NCBI GenBank assembly: GCA_951406725.2
Contig: OX597817.1
Coordinates: forward strand, 40,486,001-40,550,000
Length of the DNA stretch: 64,000 nucleotides
Reading direction: 5' to 3'
Origin: Octopus vulgaris
Taxonomy: Eukaryota
Part shown: piece by piece, positions 13,007 through 26,615 of the stretch
How the letters are laid out: each line of letters begins with the position of its first letter
How positions within the stretch are numbered: position 1 is the stretch's first letter
The notes under the pieces: generated by a model
Seen by the model: the letters and a program-made list of their open reading frames with translations, nothing else
Database searches by the model: none
Told to the model about the DNA's origin: nothing
Position numbers and translations under genes: made by a program

Positions 13007-13397
13007 CTAGCAGTATTGCCCGGCGTTGCTTGGGTTTGTTTCGACCCTTTAGAATTGGAATTTTTTTAAAAGTAAAAATTTTGCATTATGTAGCTTGTTA
13101 TTCTCTTTAAGTGAACATTTTTCTGGTTGAAATACACCGTAAAATGGCAACACAGCAGTAAAAAAATCGTAAAAAATAGGGATTTTCATAGAAAAAAAGC
13201 ACCTTTTTGACGTAAATAATTTTTGGTGTTAACATGGTCCGATTTGAATTTTTTCTTCTACGGAAAGAAGTGCAAGCCTTCTATCATACTCTTAATTTTG
13301 GTCAACTTGCGCCGCAGGGTCTCGGAAGAGATAGTGTTAGTTGAAGGCTACCAAACCTGCCATACACAGACAACTTCAGCTTTATATATATATATAT
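13007..13397 (-). mobile_element. Non-autonomous Helitron-like element
   Basis: Minus-strand 3' end CCCAAGCAACGCCGGGCAATACTGCTAG (GC hairpin plus CTAG); 5' end lies in (TA)n. Confidence 0.7.
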
Positions 13398-13399
13398 AA

Positions 13400-14070
13400 G
13401 CTAGCGTCCTTTGCTGGATGTGCATTGTCAGTGTGCATACATAACAGAGTGTAAATGTCTTGAGAGAAAAGCTGGGCATAAGAGGCATCAGATGTGGTGT
13501 GCAAGAGAGACGGCTGCATTGGTATGGTTATGTGCTGTATATGGATGTGGACAGCAGTTTGAAGAAGTGCCGATTTCTACCAATGAAAGGAAGCTGTGGA
13601 AGAGGGAGACCCAGGAAGACATGGGATGAGGTGATGAAGTATGATCTTTGAATGTTGGGCCCCACAGAGACAATGACTAGTGACTGAGACCTTTGGCGAT
13701 ATGCCATGTTTGAGATGACCCATCAAGACAAGACAGATCATAGTTGTGGCTGTTGTTGGTGGCATGTAAAAAGCACCTTTTGAGCATTGGGCCTCATGGA
13801 GGCAATGAGAAACGACAGAGACCTTTGGCAATATGCTGTGCTTGAGAAGGAAGAGCCATCAAGCCAAGTGAAATCATAGCTGTGGCAGATACTGGTGTCA
13901 CGTAGCTGGCACCCATACCAGTGGCACGTAAAAGCACCTATTACACTCTTGGGGTGGTTGGCATTAGGAAGGGCATCCAGCTGTAGAAGCCATGCCAAAT
14001 CAGACTGGAGTCTGGTGCAGCACCTCATCTTGTCCAGCATGGACAAATGAATGCAAAATGACAAAGATGA
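13400..14070 (+). mobile_element. RTE LINE 3' fragment
   Basis: LREKLGIRGIRCGVQERRLHWYG...GRGRPRKTWDEV plus 3' UTR. Confidence 0.85.
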
Positions 14071-15631
14071 TATAGATAGATATCTAACAATAGCTGAAGA
14101 GGTAGGAGTGTAAAATTTATAAACTGTAATTAAAAGTATTATTTGTTTAAAGAAAAACTAAATATGAAATATTTTATATATTGATAAAACAAAGTAGCAT
14201 GGTTAATATGTGAGGTAGTGAATGCAGCAAGCTGGTAGATGAAATGCCACCAGGCATGTCATCCATCTTCAAGTTCTGAGTTTAAATTCTGCCACAGTTG
14301 ACTTTGCCTTTCATCCTTTCAGGGTCAGTCAAATAAATACCAGTTGAACACTGTGGTCAATGTGATTGACTCACTCCCTCTCTAAACTTGCTGGCCTTGT
14401 GCCAAAATTTGAAGCCAATATTATGTGAGGTGATGTATACTTTTTTGATTTGTTATTTAAAAAGATTAGTTATCTTTTATAAAGATCAATAAAGGCAACG
14501 TTGCAGAATAGCCTTGTGACAGAATAAACTACAAAGAAAGAAAGATGAAATGGACCATTCTGGACGTCAATGAAACAGAAGTTGATGAATTGAGACACTC
14601 GTATGTTTTTGTAGTGGTGAGAATAGTTTGGATAGTTATGTTGCATGTGTGTAGAAGGAAGGGTTGCAGATAAAACTAGCAACTGTAAGAGCATTGATCA
14701 TTGAGCAGAATTGAAAAGAAGATTTCATCTAGTATGGAACCCTTTTCTTATGCGATAGGAAAACCCAGTTTCAGCTGACCTCCAAGACAGCCTACAGACT
14801 GTTAAACAAAGTATCTTTTGCACTTCCAATGGCCATTTTATCAAAATTAACCTTTTTGTTATTGTATATATTTTGAGATGCTCTGTGTTTCTTTCAATTA
14901 CTTTAAATATAAAGAATTTAGTAAAATAACTTAGTTATCATTCAGCTAGTGTTAGGAACATAAATTGTGACTAAGGTTTGGTGGAAGATTTTAATTCAAA
15001 ACTTATGAAAACAAGACATTTGTACTACAGAGCCAGAGCCGGTTTTAGCTGGGTTGGTAACGAATGGGTTAAAATTTGAAGATTACGTCCAACCCATGCC
15101 AGCATGGAAAACTAACAATAAGTGATGATGATGACTTACCAAATTGTTTCAAAAAGCTTAAATCAGTCAATAGTTACACAATAATGCTAAGTTCCAGCAA
15201 CCAATGTTTTCATGCAAACCATACCCCTGTACACAATTTATTTAAAATCCAGTGTGCCACTTGTCATGTAACATATGCAGACTTTGACATCATAAACTAA
15301 AATGGTATAGACCTTTTTTATCCAAGAGCTCTAGGACTTATAAAACTAGAGACAAGCCTGGTTTCCATTGTAAATAAGTGACTGCGTTCACAACACTCCC
15401 CCTCCGCCATTGAATGGGACATTAGTCTGTCACAGGATTAACTTCCCAGTTATTGCTGGAATTCATTTTGCGTGGTGAGTGGACTGGTGCAACATGAAAT
15501 GAAGTGTTTTGCTCAAGAATACAAAACACAGACTGATCTTGGAATCGAAATTATGATCTTATGTTTTTGAGTGTAACACCCTCAACCAATAAACCATATG
15601 CCTAACATAAAAGGGAAAATATCAGACTTAC

Positions 15632-15764
15632 CATGATTTGTAGCTGTTAATATAGAGAATCGGTAAACAGTATTTGAACTTGTTAGTTTGTTAAGTTCCA
15701 CAATTAAAGTATTACTACGGGTCTGGAAATAAGCCCCTGGTGCTGTTTTGCAAGTTGATTCTTT
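15632..15764 (-). CDS. CUB-like-domain gene, exon 3
   Basis: tttatag| acceptor, g|gtaagt donor; KESTCKTAPGAYFQTRSNTLIVELNKLTSSNTVYRFSILTATNH, resembling the C-terminal half of a CUB domain. Confidence 0.85.
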
Positions 15765-16159
15765 CTATAAATACAAAGTAGAACAAAACATATAAGTAAT
15801 TAGTTATACTTAAATTTTTATAGTTATTTAATATTTTGCTTCTAAAAAGATTTATCCCCCCCCCCCACACACACACACACAAAAAAATAAATATTTGTTG
15901 AACAAAAAAATCAGAGTAAGATAAAATGTTTTGAGGTAGTTGCCAGAAAACTATACAGCCAAATTTTCATCATGTCACAACTTTCTGATAATAATAGTAA
16001 TAATAATACATTGGACAATATAGTCTTTGATACACTGTCTGGAAAATAAGATGGAATGGTCATGGCTAGAACACTTAGATGAAGACTAACAATGTAGCCA
16101 TGTACAAAACATGGAGCCATTTTTTAAGAGCTACAAAACAATTAAGGACAATATTTAAC

Positions 16160-16467
16160 ATGTTAACTGTCATAGCCTGTTACTTGAAATGACCAGTGGT
16201 GCCACATGTTTCTGGTTATACTGCATACTATTTAATTACAAGGAAATATATTGTTTTTTCTTTTTTTTTCACATTTTTACAATATTTCACAATTAAACTT
16301 TAATATTTAGCACTCGTATTATTTAAATATCCTCAAAACCATATCACCGTGGATACAGAATAAAATATTTTCTCAAATCATGAAAATGTACCAACTACAT
16401 GTGGTGCATATGGCAGTTGTGTGAAGTTTGCAATGAACCATTGGTGCTACATGAGGCAATTAACATG
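16160..16467. mobile_element. TTAA-flanked MITE; related copy at ~50905-51177
   Basis: TTAACATGTTAACTG...CAATTAACATGTTAA; internal sequence shared with the 50.9-kb copy. Confidence 0.65.
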
Positions 16468-16699
16468 TTAAAATTCACAGACTTTTGTTTTGCTTTATGA
16501 AAATCTCAGCACAAAAGTAACTAAACTTTCTAAAATTCTTCAGCTTATCTTTCACATGCATAGCAACGAGTGACAGGTGAAGTTTGCATTTATATCTTGA
16601 TTCAGATACAGTTTTGATATAAACATCTTAGGGAAATTTACAATAGTTTGTAGAAGTACTTCAGTACAATCTTTTGAGAGCATCAGTGATTTTTGGCAT

Positions 16700-17131
16700 A
16701 AATCACTCCGACGTCTGGTAGCTGACTTGGCAGACACCCATAAAATTATTAACCATCTTACAAACAATAACTCTGAGCACCTTTCCAAACTCCGCCTGTC
16801 TAACACCTATGGACATGTTTACAAAGTCAGAAAACAGCACAGCTACCATGACTTTCGTAAATATTTTTTCGCGCTAAGAGTTGTGGAAGTATGGAACAAA
16901 CTGCCAGCATCTGTTGTTAGTTGTTGGAGCACAGCATCCTTCAGAACTTCCATGCTTCCTGAGATTCACCAACACTACACCTGATTTTCTCCCCTCCAGA
17001 CACATGCAAGCACGTATCTGCCTCATACACTGTTCACTTTCCAGACATTTGTACATTACTGCATATGTTTTAGATGCACTTTTGACAAATTGTGGTGCAC
17101 CTGAGTACTGTACACAATAATTTCATTATTA
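16700..17131 (+). mobile_element. CR1-like LINE 3' fragment
   Basis: THKIINHL...GHVYKVRKQ...RKYFFALRVVEVWNKLP plus 3' UTR. Confidence 0.85.
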
Positions 17132-17208
17132 TAAAAATTTTACATTAAAAAAAGAAAAAGAATTATGTATTTTTCAATGAATAAGAAAGAACAAAAGCTC
17201 ATACTTAC

Positions 17209-17444
17209 AATCATATTTTGACTATTATAATAATAATCATAGAATTTTAAAGTTACACCACATTCTTTAATATCGATATCTGCAATATACACATAGAGAA
17301 ATCTTCCTTGCGGTGCCTGTAGTGTAATTTTGCATCTGAATCTATCTCCTCTGTCATGTCGAGGCTGTGCTCTGACTCTCATCAAATCATTGTCACTGAC
17401 TTGAAATGGTTCCGTGTGGACACAGTCATAACTTTCCATATCAA
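17209..17444 (-). CDS. CUB-like-domain gene, exon 2
   Basis: ttcttcag| acceptor, |gtaagt donor; (I)DMESYDCVHTEPFQ...RFRCKITLQAPQGRFLYVYIADIDIKECGVTLKFYD...NMI; C-x-I-T-L-x-A-P-x-G pattern typical of CUB. Confidence 0.85.
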
Positions 17445-17540
17445 CTGAAGAACAGAATAAATTTAGTTATTTCTATAAGAAAATACTACAATGGTAAACT
17501 AGGAAATATTCAAATTATTTACAAAAATGCTTATAATGTA

Positions 17541-18291
17541 TTGGATCATCCCATAAATGTGGTTTTATCAATTGCATGAACTCAAAGTCGGAGGAGGATG
17601 GGATAAACTACCTGCATCAGGTAGTAATTTTACCTTGTGCTTATTCTTAGTGCAAATTTTGAAGAGTGCAGTTCGATTTTAACAGTTATTTTTTTAAAGC
17701 TATGGAAGTGACAAAGGAGTATATTCGACATATTTTAATTTATGCATTCAATAAAGGCAACAACACAATGGAAAGTGCGAGGAATATTAATGCAGTATAT
17801 GGGGATTGGACAATAAATGTAAGCCTGTGTCAATGGTGGTTGAGGAACTAGCAGAGAAGCTTGGATTTGGTCATTCAACCAGCCATTCAAGTCAGCACTA
17901 GAAGAAAAGCAATCATCTTTAGTTTCAAGACAAAGTGTTCTTCCATCAGTATAATGCTTGGCCACATACAGCGAGGATGACATTCCAAAGGCTGGAGCAG
18001 TTTGAGTGGAAAACGATGCCTCACCTACCTATTTCACCAGAGATTGCCCCATCTGATTATCATTTATTCTGCAGTCTTCTGAACAGAAAAAATATGAATT
18101 CTGTAGACGAGGTCAGAACAGTACTGGAGGAGTATTTTGGAAGAAAGGCCTTGTATGTCTACCAGATAGATGGAAGAGCATTGTAGAAAATGAAGGAGAG
18201 TATATTTTAGATTAAGAAAGAATTTTGTTTATCTTAATTTTGAAAAGTAAAAGAAGTATAAAAAAAACGCATTATATATGAGATGATCCAA
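17541..18291 (+). mobile_element. Internally deleted mariner transposon
   Basis: TA|TTGGATCATC...GATGATCCAA|TA; MEVTKEYIRHILIYAFNKG (HTH region) and HQYNAWPH...SPEIAPSDYHLF (degenerate HDNARPH and YSPDLAPSD motifs). Confidence 0.9.
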
Positions 18292-18949
18292 TATCATAAG
18301 ATTGTAATATATAAAATTGTATTTTATCAGAGTTGTGCAGAGCATACATCAAAGAAGTGAACTTCATCTCTCAATTGATGTTATTAATGTAATATCAAAT
18401 GTATTTGGGAAAAGTAAAAAAATGAAAATTGAAAAACATATAGGTGCAGGTGTGGTAAGAAGCTTGCTTCCCAACCACATGGTTCCAGGTTCAGTCCCAC
18501 TGCATGGCATCTTGGGCAAGTGTCTTCTACAATAGCCTAGAGCCAACCAAAGCCTTGTGAGTGGATTTGGTAGACAGAAACTAACAGAAGCTCATCATAT
18601 ATATACATATATATATATTTACGTGTGTGTCTGTGTTTGTCCCCCCACCATCACTTGTCAATCAATTTAGTTTGTTTACATCCCAGTAACTTAGCAGTTT
18701 AGCACAAGGGACCAATAGAATAAGTACTAGGCTTACAATAATAAGTCCTGGGGCCGTATTTCGTCTGCCGTTACGTTCTGGTTTCAAATTCTGCCGAGGT
18801 CAACTTTGCCTTTCATCCTTTCGGGGTCGAAAAATTAAGCACCAGTTACGCACTGGGGTCGATGTAATCGACTTAATCCATTTGCCTGTCCTTGTTTGTC
18901 CCCTCTGTGTTTAGCCCCTTGTAGGCAATAAAGAAATATATATAGATCA

Positions 18950-19781
18950 TGTGGGGCTAATACAGAATCACACTTCTCCTCAAAAAATGCATTTAAAAAA
19001 AATTCTTTTAGATTCCTACGTTTTAGATGTTAGAGATTATGAATATGCAAAAAAAAATTTTTAATCACTCCCCCACCCCACAACACTAATTTAAATTTTT
19101 GATTTTGTTTACTTTAAAGAGATTGTAGCGAATTGATGAATATATGGAAATTGAAATTAGATATAATCAAAAACATTAAAGTGAAAAGAATTTGCTTTTT
19201 ACTTGTGTTTGCCTTAAATAATCATAAATAATAATTGAATATAAATCAAATATTATACACCATTTTTTTGAGAAACAAACAATGTTTAATAATTAATATT
19301 ATAAAGTTTAATAAGGGGCTCAAATTTCACCCCTTACCCCAATTTTAAATTTTGAACTTTTTTCATCCATTTGTTTATTTATCTGTCTATCTATTTATCA
19401 CTGCCTGTTTATTCATAAAATATATTTGTCAACTAAATATGGCAGTCCTATAGAAGACAGTGTTACTGTTGTTTTTAGCTCCAGGAAGACATTCACATCT
19501 ATCTATCTGCCTGTCTGTCTATCTATCTATACACATATCTATATGCTTATTGAATTTAAAATTTCGAAAATGCAGTTTCTTGCATATTTGGACCCTCTGT
19601 CATCTAAAACATAGGAAAAAAAATTTCAAAACAAAATTCAAAATTTTAAACTGGGGGTGAAATTAAAAAAAATTTTCTTTTGCATATTCGTAATCTCCAG
19701 CATCTAAAACATAGAGATGCAAAAGAATTTTTTAAAAAAATGAATTTTTCCAGGAGATGTGCTATTCTGCATTAGCCGCAG
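18950..19781. mobile_element. Non-autonomous DNA element with long (~130-150 bp) terminal inverted repeats
   Basis: GGGGCTAATACAGAATCACACTTCTCCT... pairs with ...AGGAGATGTGCTATTCTGCATTAGCCGC; superfamily unclear. Confidence 0.7.
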
Positions 19782-19932
19782 TCATGTTAAATGTACATAG
19801 TGGTGGCACAATAGACTAAGATACTTCATACATAGATTGATGTCATATTTTACTATCTCAGTGATGTTCCAAAGTTTGAAACATTTTTACTCTTTTACTT
19901 GTTTTAGTCATTTGACTGTGGCCATGCTGGAG

Positions 19933-20031
19933 AAAATATGGAACGCTTCACGAATTTGTATGTCATCCTTGCACAGGGGTCATACTAATTTTCTCTGTAT
20001 CGTTCCAATTTTAGAATATGTACTGACTGAA
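19933..20031 (-). pseudogene. U6: U6 snRNA pseudogene fused to a SINE/LINE 3' tail (19885-19932)
   Basis: Minus strand reads ...TAAAATTGGAACGATACAGAGAAAATTAGTATGACCCCTGTGCAAGGATGACATACAAATTCGTGAAGCGTTCCATATTTT; ACAGAGA intact, AGC triad changed to AGT, 5' stem-loop missing. Confidence 0.95.
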
Positions 20032-21784
20032 TAAATATTTTGAGTTCAAAATTCATTTCACAGGTAGATTGAGAGACAAAAAGAAGAATTCTTTCTGTGA
20101 AATATTTTTTCAAAAAATACCACTTTAAAAATATATAGAACATTAGGAAGGAAGAAGTTACCAAGATTTTCAACTTGTGATATAAATTATTGAATGTTTT
20201 TCTTACAGAAACTTCAGAAAATTGGTTCACAAAGTTACCCATCAGAATTGTAAGCTAGATTGATTAGAAATCAATCCAAGTTGACAGTGAAGAATACAAA
20301 TTTAATCCCCGAGTGAGAAATTGTGTGAAATGGCTGCAGAAGATAAACAAGTCAGGAAAATGAGACTGCAGAACATTAATGCATTGCAGGTAAAATGATG
20401 AAGAAGTAAGACATATGGAAATGTTTTCATATTGATCAGATAAACTTATGCCAACACTAAAAAATCTAAGTTTGATGGATGATGATAAAATAGAGGAAAC
20501 AGGTTAAGATTTGAAAGTACATAGTTTATTGAAATGTTATTTAAACTCAGTTCAACTGCATTAATGAAATTAAAATGATATAATGCCAAATAAGTAGGAA
20601 GTTTACTACAGCTAAGTAATTGCTGGAGGAAATTCTAGGTTTGTCTTGCTTAATATTCCATACAATATTACTTGAGTTAATAAAAGCGGTAAAATTTAAT
20701 ACTTAAATTCATGTTGCTTCACTTTTGTTTGATTATACAAAGAGTGATGGAAAATATAAGGAGTTCAGAAATTTAAATAAATGTTCTTGGAAATTGAGGA
20801 ATTTGAATTAATGGTAACTCAAAGAACATTGTTGTGATTTTAGTTTTGATCATGTGACCTTGTCTCGATTGCTGTTATTTGCCTGCAGTGCTACTGCGCA
20901 GAGTTCTGTTTTGTTTATGGCACATTGCATTCAGTATTAGTTTTTAGTCAGTCAAGACTGTAGCAACTCGCTGCATAAAACTGTTATTGTGTTGAAGTTT
21001 AGTTTTGCTTACAATTTAACAATCTTTGCTTGTATTGTAGATTACTGTATTTTTAGTTGATTAAAACCTTTTTAACTTAGACATTCCAATTTGGGTTTAT
21101 AACAAACATAATAAAAAATAAATGCACCCTTTTTAAAGCCTAGCCAGGCTCATGGGCCCGGTTTCCCGTTTTCTATGGCGTATGTGTTCCCCAGCTGGAC
21201 AGAACACACGCACCTCTGCATAACAAACATGAATGTCATGAAATAATACTCCATAATTTTAATTAAAAACAACTGCTTACAAGAAGACAAGGGCAATGGA
21301 TTTGCAGAATTATTAGCGCATCAGATGACATGCCTTGTGGTGTTTAGGTACAGCCCTTCACATTCTCAATTCAAATTTGCATTTTATCCTTCTAGAGTCA
21401 ATTGAATCCATTCTACTCTTCCCCAAAATGTCTGGCCTTGTATTTATTTGATGCCCACTCCTAGCTGGGTGGGGGAAAATTCCTTCTCTAATAAGCTAGA
21501 GACCGATTGTAAGCACACCTTTTCAGTGAGACAGTGCAGGGTGCAGCCAACCACAATGGGGCGCATGTTTCCATTGGGTTTAGTGAGCCCGAATAGTTTT
21601 GTACCGAAGAATAGTGGACAGATATAGGGGAGGACGTTCCATGAAGAGATCTATTATTCACACACACACACACAATTTGCGTTTGAGCATAACCTATGAC
21701 AGGAAGTCATTTCACTAATCACATTAGTACACACACAATGTTTACTTTTGCTATCCGTGTTTTTGCTTTCTTTTACATTAAAAA

Positions 21785-22120
21785 AACTTGTTATCGCTAG
21801 GCCTAACTCATCGTAAAGTCAATACCACCATGACTGATATCCAATCTACAGTGGAGAAGGCTAGCCACTGGATTTGGTTAAAAAGAGACGATGAGCGATG
21901 GCTAGAAGGATATTGAGTTTAACTTCATAACCAGCTGATCTAGCAATCGGGGCCTCATATCAGTGAGGAGGGCTGGTGCGCATTGATGCCATCGAGAGGT
22001 AGGCCCCGAAACGGCGCACATTCTCTCCTGATGACCCCATACACTTGCTGGCTTCCGGTATACGGAGCTTTTGACTGGTAGCACTTGCATGTGCAAGTTG
22101 TTTGCAAGATATCTATACAA
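21785..22120 (+). mobile_element. 3' end of an RLE-type non-LTR retrotransposon (HERO-like)
   Basis: LLSLGLTHRKVNTTMTDIQSTVEKASHWIWLKRDDERWLEGY* (EKASxWxWLKR terminal motif, recalled) followed by a GC-rich 3' UTR. Confidence 0.65.
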
Positions 22121-22245
22121 CGTTTTTGTTCCTTTAGTTTAAGTTTGACTTTTGTTTTATCCTTCTCGATAAACTTTGGTTCTCCTCCACACATCGTACA
22201 ACACAATGGAAACAAACAATGCAATCGAAGGATATATATATATAT

Positions 22246-22287
<42 letters not shown>

Positions 22288-22838
22288 GCTATTCTTCGAT
22301 TACATTGTTAATTGAAGGATAGCCACGCATATACATGCATACATACACGTCTTTTAGCGCCTTATAATTTAACACATGCACACAAACAAACAAAAAGAAT
22401 GTAGCTTGGATAACGGACAGTCAACAACGAAAATTTCAGAAAAATAAATAAGGAAATTAATGGAAACCTTACAGGTGAGTGTGTTAAATTATAAGGCACT
22501 CACAACAGAATATGTTTCAACACACAAACTCTCATAAAGAATCTTGCAAACCAAATCCCAAAACGAAATCTATGTGTGCGTATGGCTATTCTTCGATTAC
22601 ATTGTTAATCGAAGGTTAGTCATACATACATATATATATAACTCTCTCCTTCACACTTCTCAACGTAAACATAACGATGTAAGAAATTTGACAAGCTGAA
22701 CGCGAAACTGGTCATTTCTTCAAAAACTATGTCATTGTATGAAAAAAATTTATAACATTCTTCAGACATAATGACTCAAATATATATTTTTTAACCTTTT
22801 AAAACAAGCCTTCTGTAGTTTTTTCACTTTTTACTATT

Positions 22839-23375
<537 letters not shown>

Positions 23376-23465
23376 GTTAGCCTTCGATTACATTGTTTCC
23401 ATTGTGTATGGAAACAATGCATACATACATACGCACTTCTCATAAAATATTAAGTTTATACTTAC

Positions 23466-23550
23466 TAATTCTTTCGGCATTACAACAATGAAACAATATA
23501 AATATAAAACAGAGGAAATTTAAAAGGTGTTTTAGCTCCTCCAACATCAT
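23466..23550 (-). CDS. CUB-like-domain gene, exon 1 (signal peptide)
   Basis: ATG at 23550; MMLEELKHLLNFLCFIFILFHCCNAERI then a|gtaagt; phase 1 joins exon 2 in frame; four exons total 552 nt (183 aa plus stop). Confidence 0.8.
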
Positions 23551-24936
23551 GCTTCTTTATTTCCTAAATCTTTTTTTTTTCTACCTCAATGTGTCACTAA
23601 AGTTTTGTTTTGTTTTTGCTGTATTACGCATGCGTTAAATCTCACCTTACAGGTGTGTCCTCTAATGCAGTTACGGTATTGTATAGATGATAGATAGTTT
23701 TGCTTTTAATGTTTCAAATCTCATGGAAAAAGATACACTTGATATTCCTGGCAGTTGTTTGTTATGTATTTAGCTTTATCTCTTATCTTTCTCCCTAAAA
23801 TCAACGATCTACACAATATCTTTTTCAGATGTTAACCTCATTCCTGAAAAGTAAAATAAAATTTAATTTGTCAACAAATACTCCCTATATCTTCTGAGGT
23901 AATGCGTGGAATTCTTTGTCATTCTGTCTTTAGATCTCTCTCGATCTCTCACACTATTTTTTTTTCCTTTTTATAAATTTTCTTCAATCACATAATTTTA
24001 TTACTTAAATCTGAAGATTATAATTTTATTTTCATATTTTGCTTACTAGGAATGTCAGATTTTTGTCAGCGGATTGGTCGAACTGATAAAGCGTCGAAGA
24101 AAATACCTTTGTTATTAGTTCAAATTCCACCGAGATCAACTTTAATTTTCATACTTCTGAGATATGTAAAATAAATTCTACTCATGTAATGCGATCAATC
24201 AAATCGACTATTTTAAGTATTGTGTCATTGTTAGATATCAATATCACGCATGACTCATGACTAGATTGGATATTCAGTTCACTGAGGCCATTACTTCGCT
24301 ACCTCTTTATATATCTGTATAATTTCGTCGCAGCGTTAACTCCTAACAGGATAGATTAGTTGCTTCCCTCCCGTTTATACCAAGGAACCAACCGTGCCCT
24401 CCACTTCTTCAACTTCTTTTCCTTTGTTCCTGGATTCTCTAGATTTCTTTTCATTGTGGACTTGAAATATACCTTCATCCCTCATTTTGACAACCTCTTG
24501 GTCTTTCAACACATTATCAATACACTTCATTCCTCTGAACTTGTCCTCGTCCGAAGTTCTTTTTCTCCTTTGATTTCTATCAATAGCAGGACAAAGTAAC
24601 CATTGTCACCAAAATGAAGTCAAATTACGCCAATTTGTTCGTTGGTCATACTGAATCCCAAATATTCATAGTTTATTGGGCTAATCTCAGAGTTACACAG
24701 GTGTTTCATCGATGATTACATTGGTTTCACCTCACTCACCCGAGTGCAACTCATACATATATCCTTCAATAGTTTTCACCACGTACTGAAATTTACTAAT
24801 TTGCCTCCATCATCTGTTTAGTCGACAGGAAATAGGAACCAGCGTAGTACTGGTACATCTCTATCGCTCTCTCTCTCTAGCTCTCACATCCTCGAGTTCC
24901 GCTGGGTCAAAGCTGAGAATGTTAATTGAAAACCTC

Positions 24937-25607
24937 GGATCTTTTCTGTTTGGCTACCAGCATTTCAAAAGTTTATCGAAAATTTTAAAATTTGGCACAT
25001 TAATGTAGTTTTCCAAGCTGAATTGCTGGAATTGTTTCACTTTTTCCAAAAGTTATAGAGGTTTAAAATTTGATCATTTTCACTCAGTCAGGAAACAGTA
25101 TTTGGAAGCTATCATTTTGTATGTGACAGCACATTTTGTCAACATCCTGAAAACAGCATATGTTATCAATATTCTTGTATTCTACACGCGAAAAATGAGT
25201 AAACAACACGTCTTTTGTAGTTTTAAGCATTTCATATGCATTTAATGCGGTAAACAACACATTGCAAATTAAATATTTTTAAAAAAAGGACAAACATTTA
25301 AGCATTTCGGTGGGTAAAACAGTAGAACACACTGTCAACATGTGGTTTCAATATAATTGTCAACACGTGCTTTCTCGTGGAGAAAAGAGTTTTCATGTTC
25401 GGCTTGTTACTATGGAAACAGGCATGATTGTGTCTGTGGCTTACGACTGGCTAAAATTACCCAAAATTTTCAAACTTTAATTGCTAATAATTCTTTATTT
25501 ATTGATTTATAGCGAAAATGATTTTCACGGCATTCATTAGCCTATAAAAGTGAATATGAAATCAATTCAAACAGAAATTGACGCTGGCAGCCAAACAGAA
25601 ATTATCT
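24937..25607. mobile_element. Older GGATCTTT-terminal MITE (Merlin-like)
   Basis: GGATCTTTTCTGTTTGGCTACCAGC / GCTGGCAGCCAAACAGAAATTATCT; TSD degraded. Confidence 0.65.
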
Positions 25608-25716
25608 GAAGCCTTAGTCCGCTCGCAACTACATAACTAAAACAACTAGAGAAGCTGTTAGGTCATCATACATTTTCCTTTCATTTCTTCTGTTTTTATC
25701 AACATCTATTTGGTTA

Positions 25717-26228
25717 CCGTAAATCCTCGAATATAGTCCACCCTTGAGTATAATACGCAGGGGATTTTTAGGAGGCTGTACCTCTGAAAAACCTAAACCT
25801 TGTGTATAATACACACCCCTTCTCTAAGTTGAATCAAGAAGGTTATTATAACGTCCTTGGTTTGTAAAAATGTATACGGTAACGCCCTTTATTATCATTG
25901 TACATATAACATAATGCAAACGTGTAGCTTTTTTGTTCATTTTGTTTGCAGAAAATAAAGAAATAACAGTAATAACGTTTAATAAATGTTGTTCACTGCA
26001 AGTTATGGATGATTCTTTTATGACTTCATTGCTTTCAGGCTTAGCTTAAGGTATTTTCGCGCCCGACATGACAAAATGCGTCTGAATAAACATTGCTGGA
26101 CAACAATTAGAGACTTGGACATTGCTTAGAAAAAATTTTTCATTTTTAACTTCGTATATAGTACGCACTAGGGATTTAGACCTTTAAATTTTGGGGAAAA
26201 AATGCGGATTATACTCGAGGATTTACGG
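25717..26228. mobile_element. pogo/Tigger-like MITE with TA TSD
   Basis: TA|CCGTAAATCCTCGAATATAGTCC...GGATTATACTCGAGGATTTACGG|TA. Confidence 0.85.
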
Positions 26229-26569
26229 TATACACTTCCGTGCAGATGTGTGCATACACTACACATATGATTAAACTACATACACCCACGGCCTAATCTC
26301 AGTACTCTGAAAGCTCCTTCTAAAACTCTTTTTTAACGTCCTTTTTCCCTCTCCCGCTTTGGCAACGTGTGCGTTTGTATACGTATATCCTTATGTTCAT
26401 CTCTCTCCTTTGCTCTGCGTTTTCGCTTGTCTCCCACCATACTTGACTTAACTCTTTCTACCTTTCCTTTATTAGGCCCTCCCTCATTCTTTACTTTCTC
26501 CCATCTCGTATATATTGCACACTACTCCCATAACGTTTTTTACTAATTTTTCTCTTTCGTTATATCACT

Positions 26570-26615
<46 letters not shown>

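Noticed and set aside
14470-14694. Extra exon of the CUB gene
   Set aside because: No convincing splice sites in the required phase and no recognisable domain content.
19933-20031. Functional U6 snRNA gene
   Set aside because: Catalytic AGC changed to AGT, 5' stem-loop lost, several substitutions, and fused to a retroelement tail.
22005-22040. Canonical hammerhead ribozyme
   Set aside because: The bases after CTGATGA and before GAAA are both CCCC, so stem II cannot form.
22497-22570. First coding exon of the CUB gene at a gtgagt donor near 22500
   Set aside because: The phase-1 frame contains a stop; the 23466-23550 exon fits with a signal peptide.
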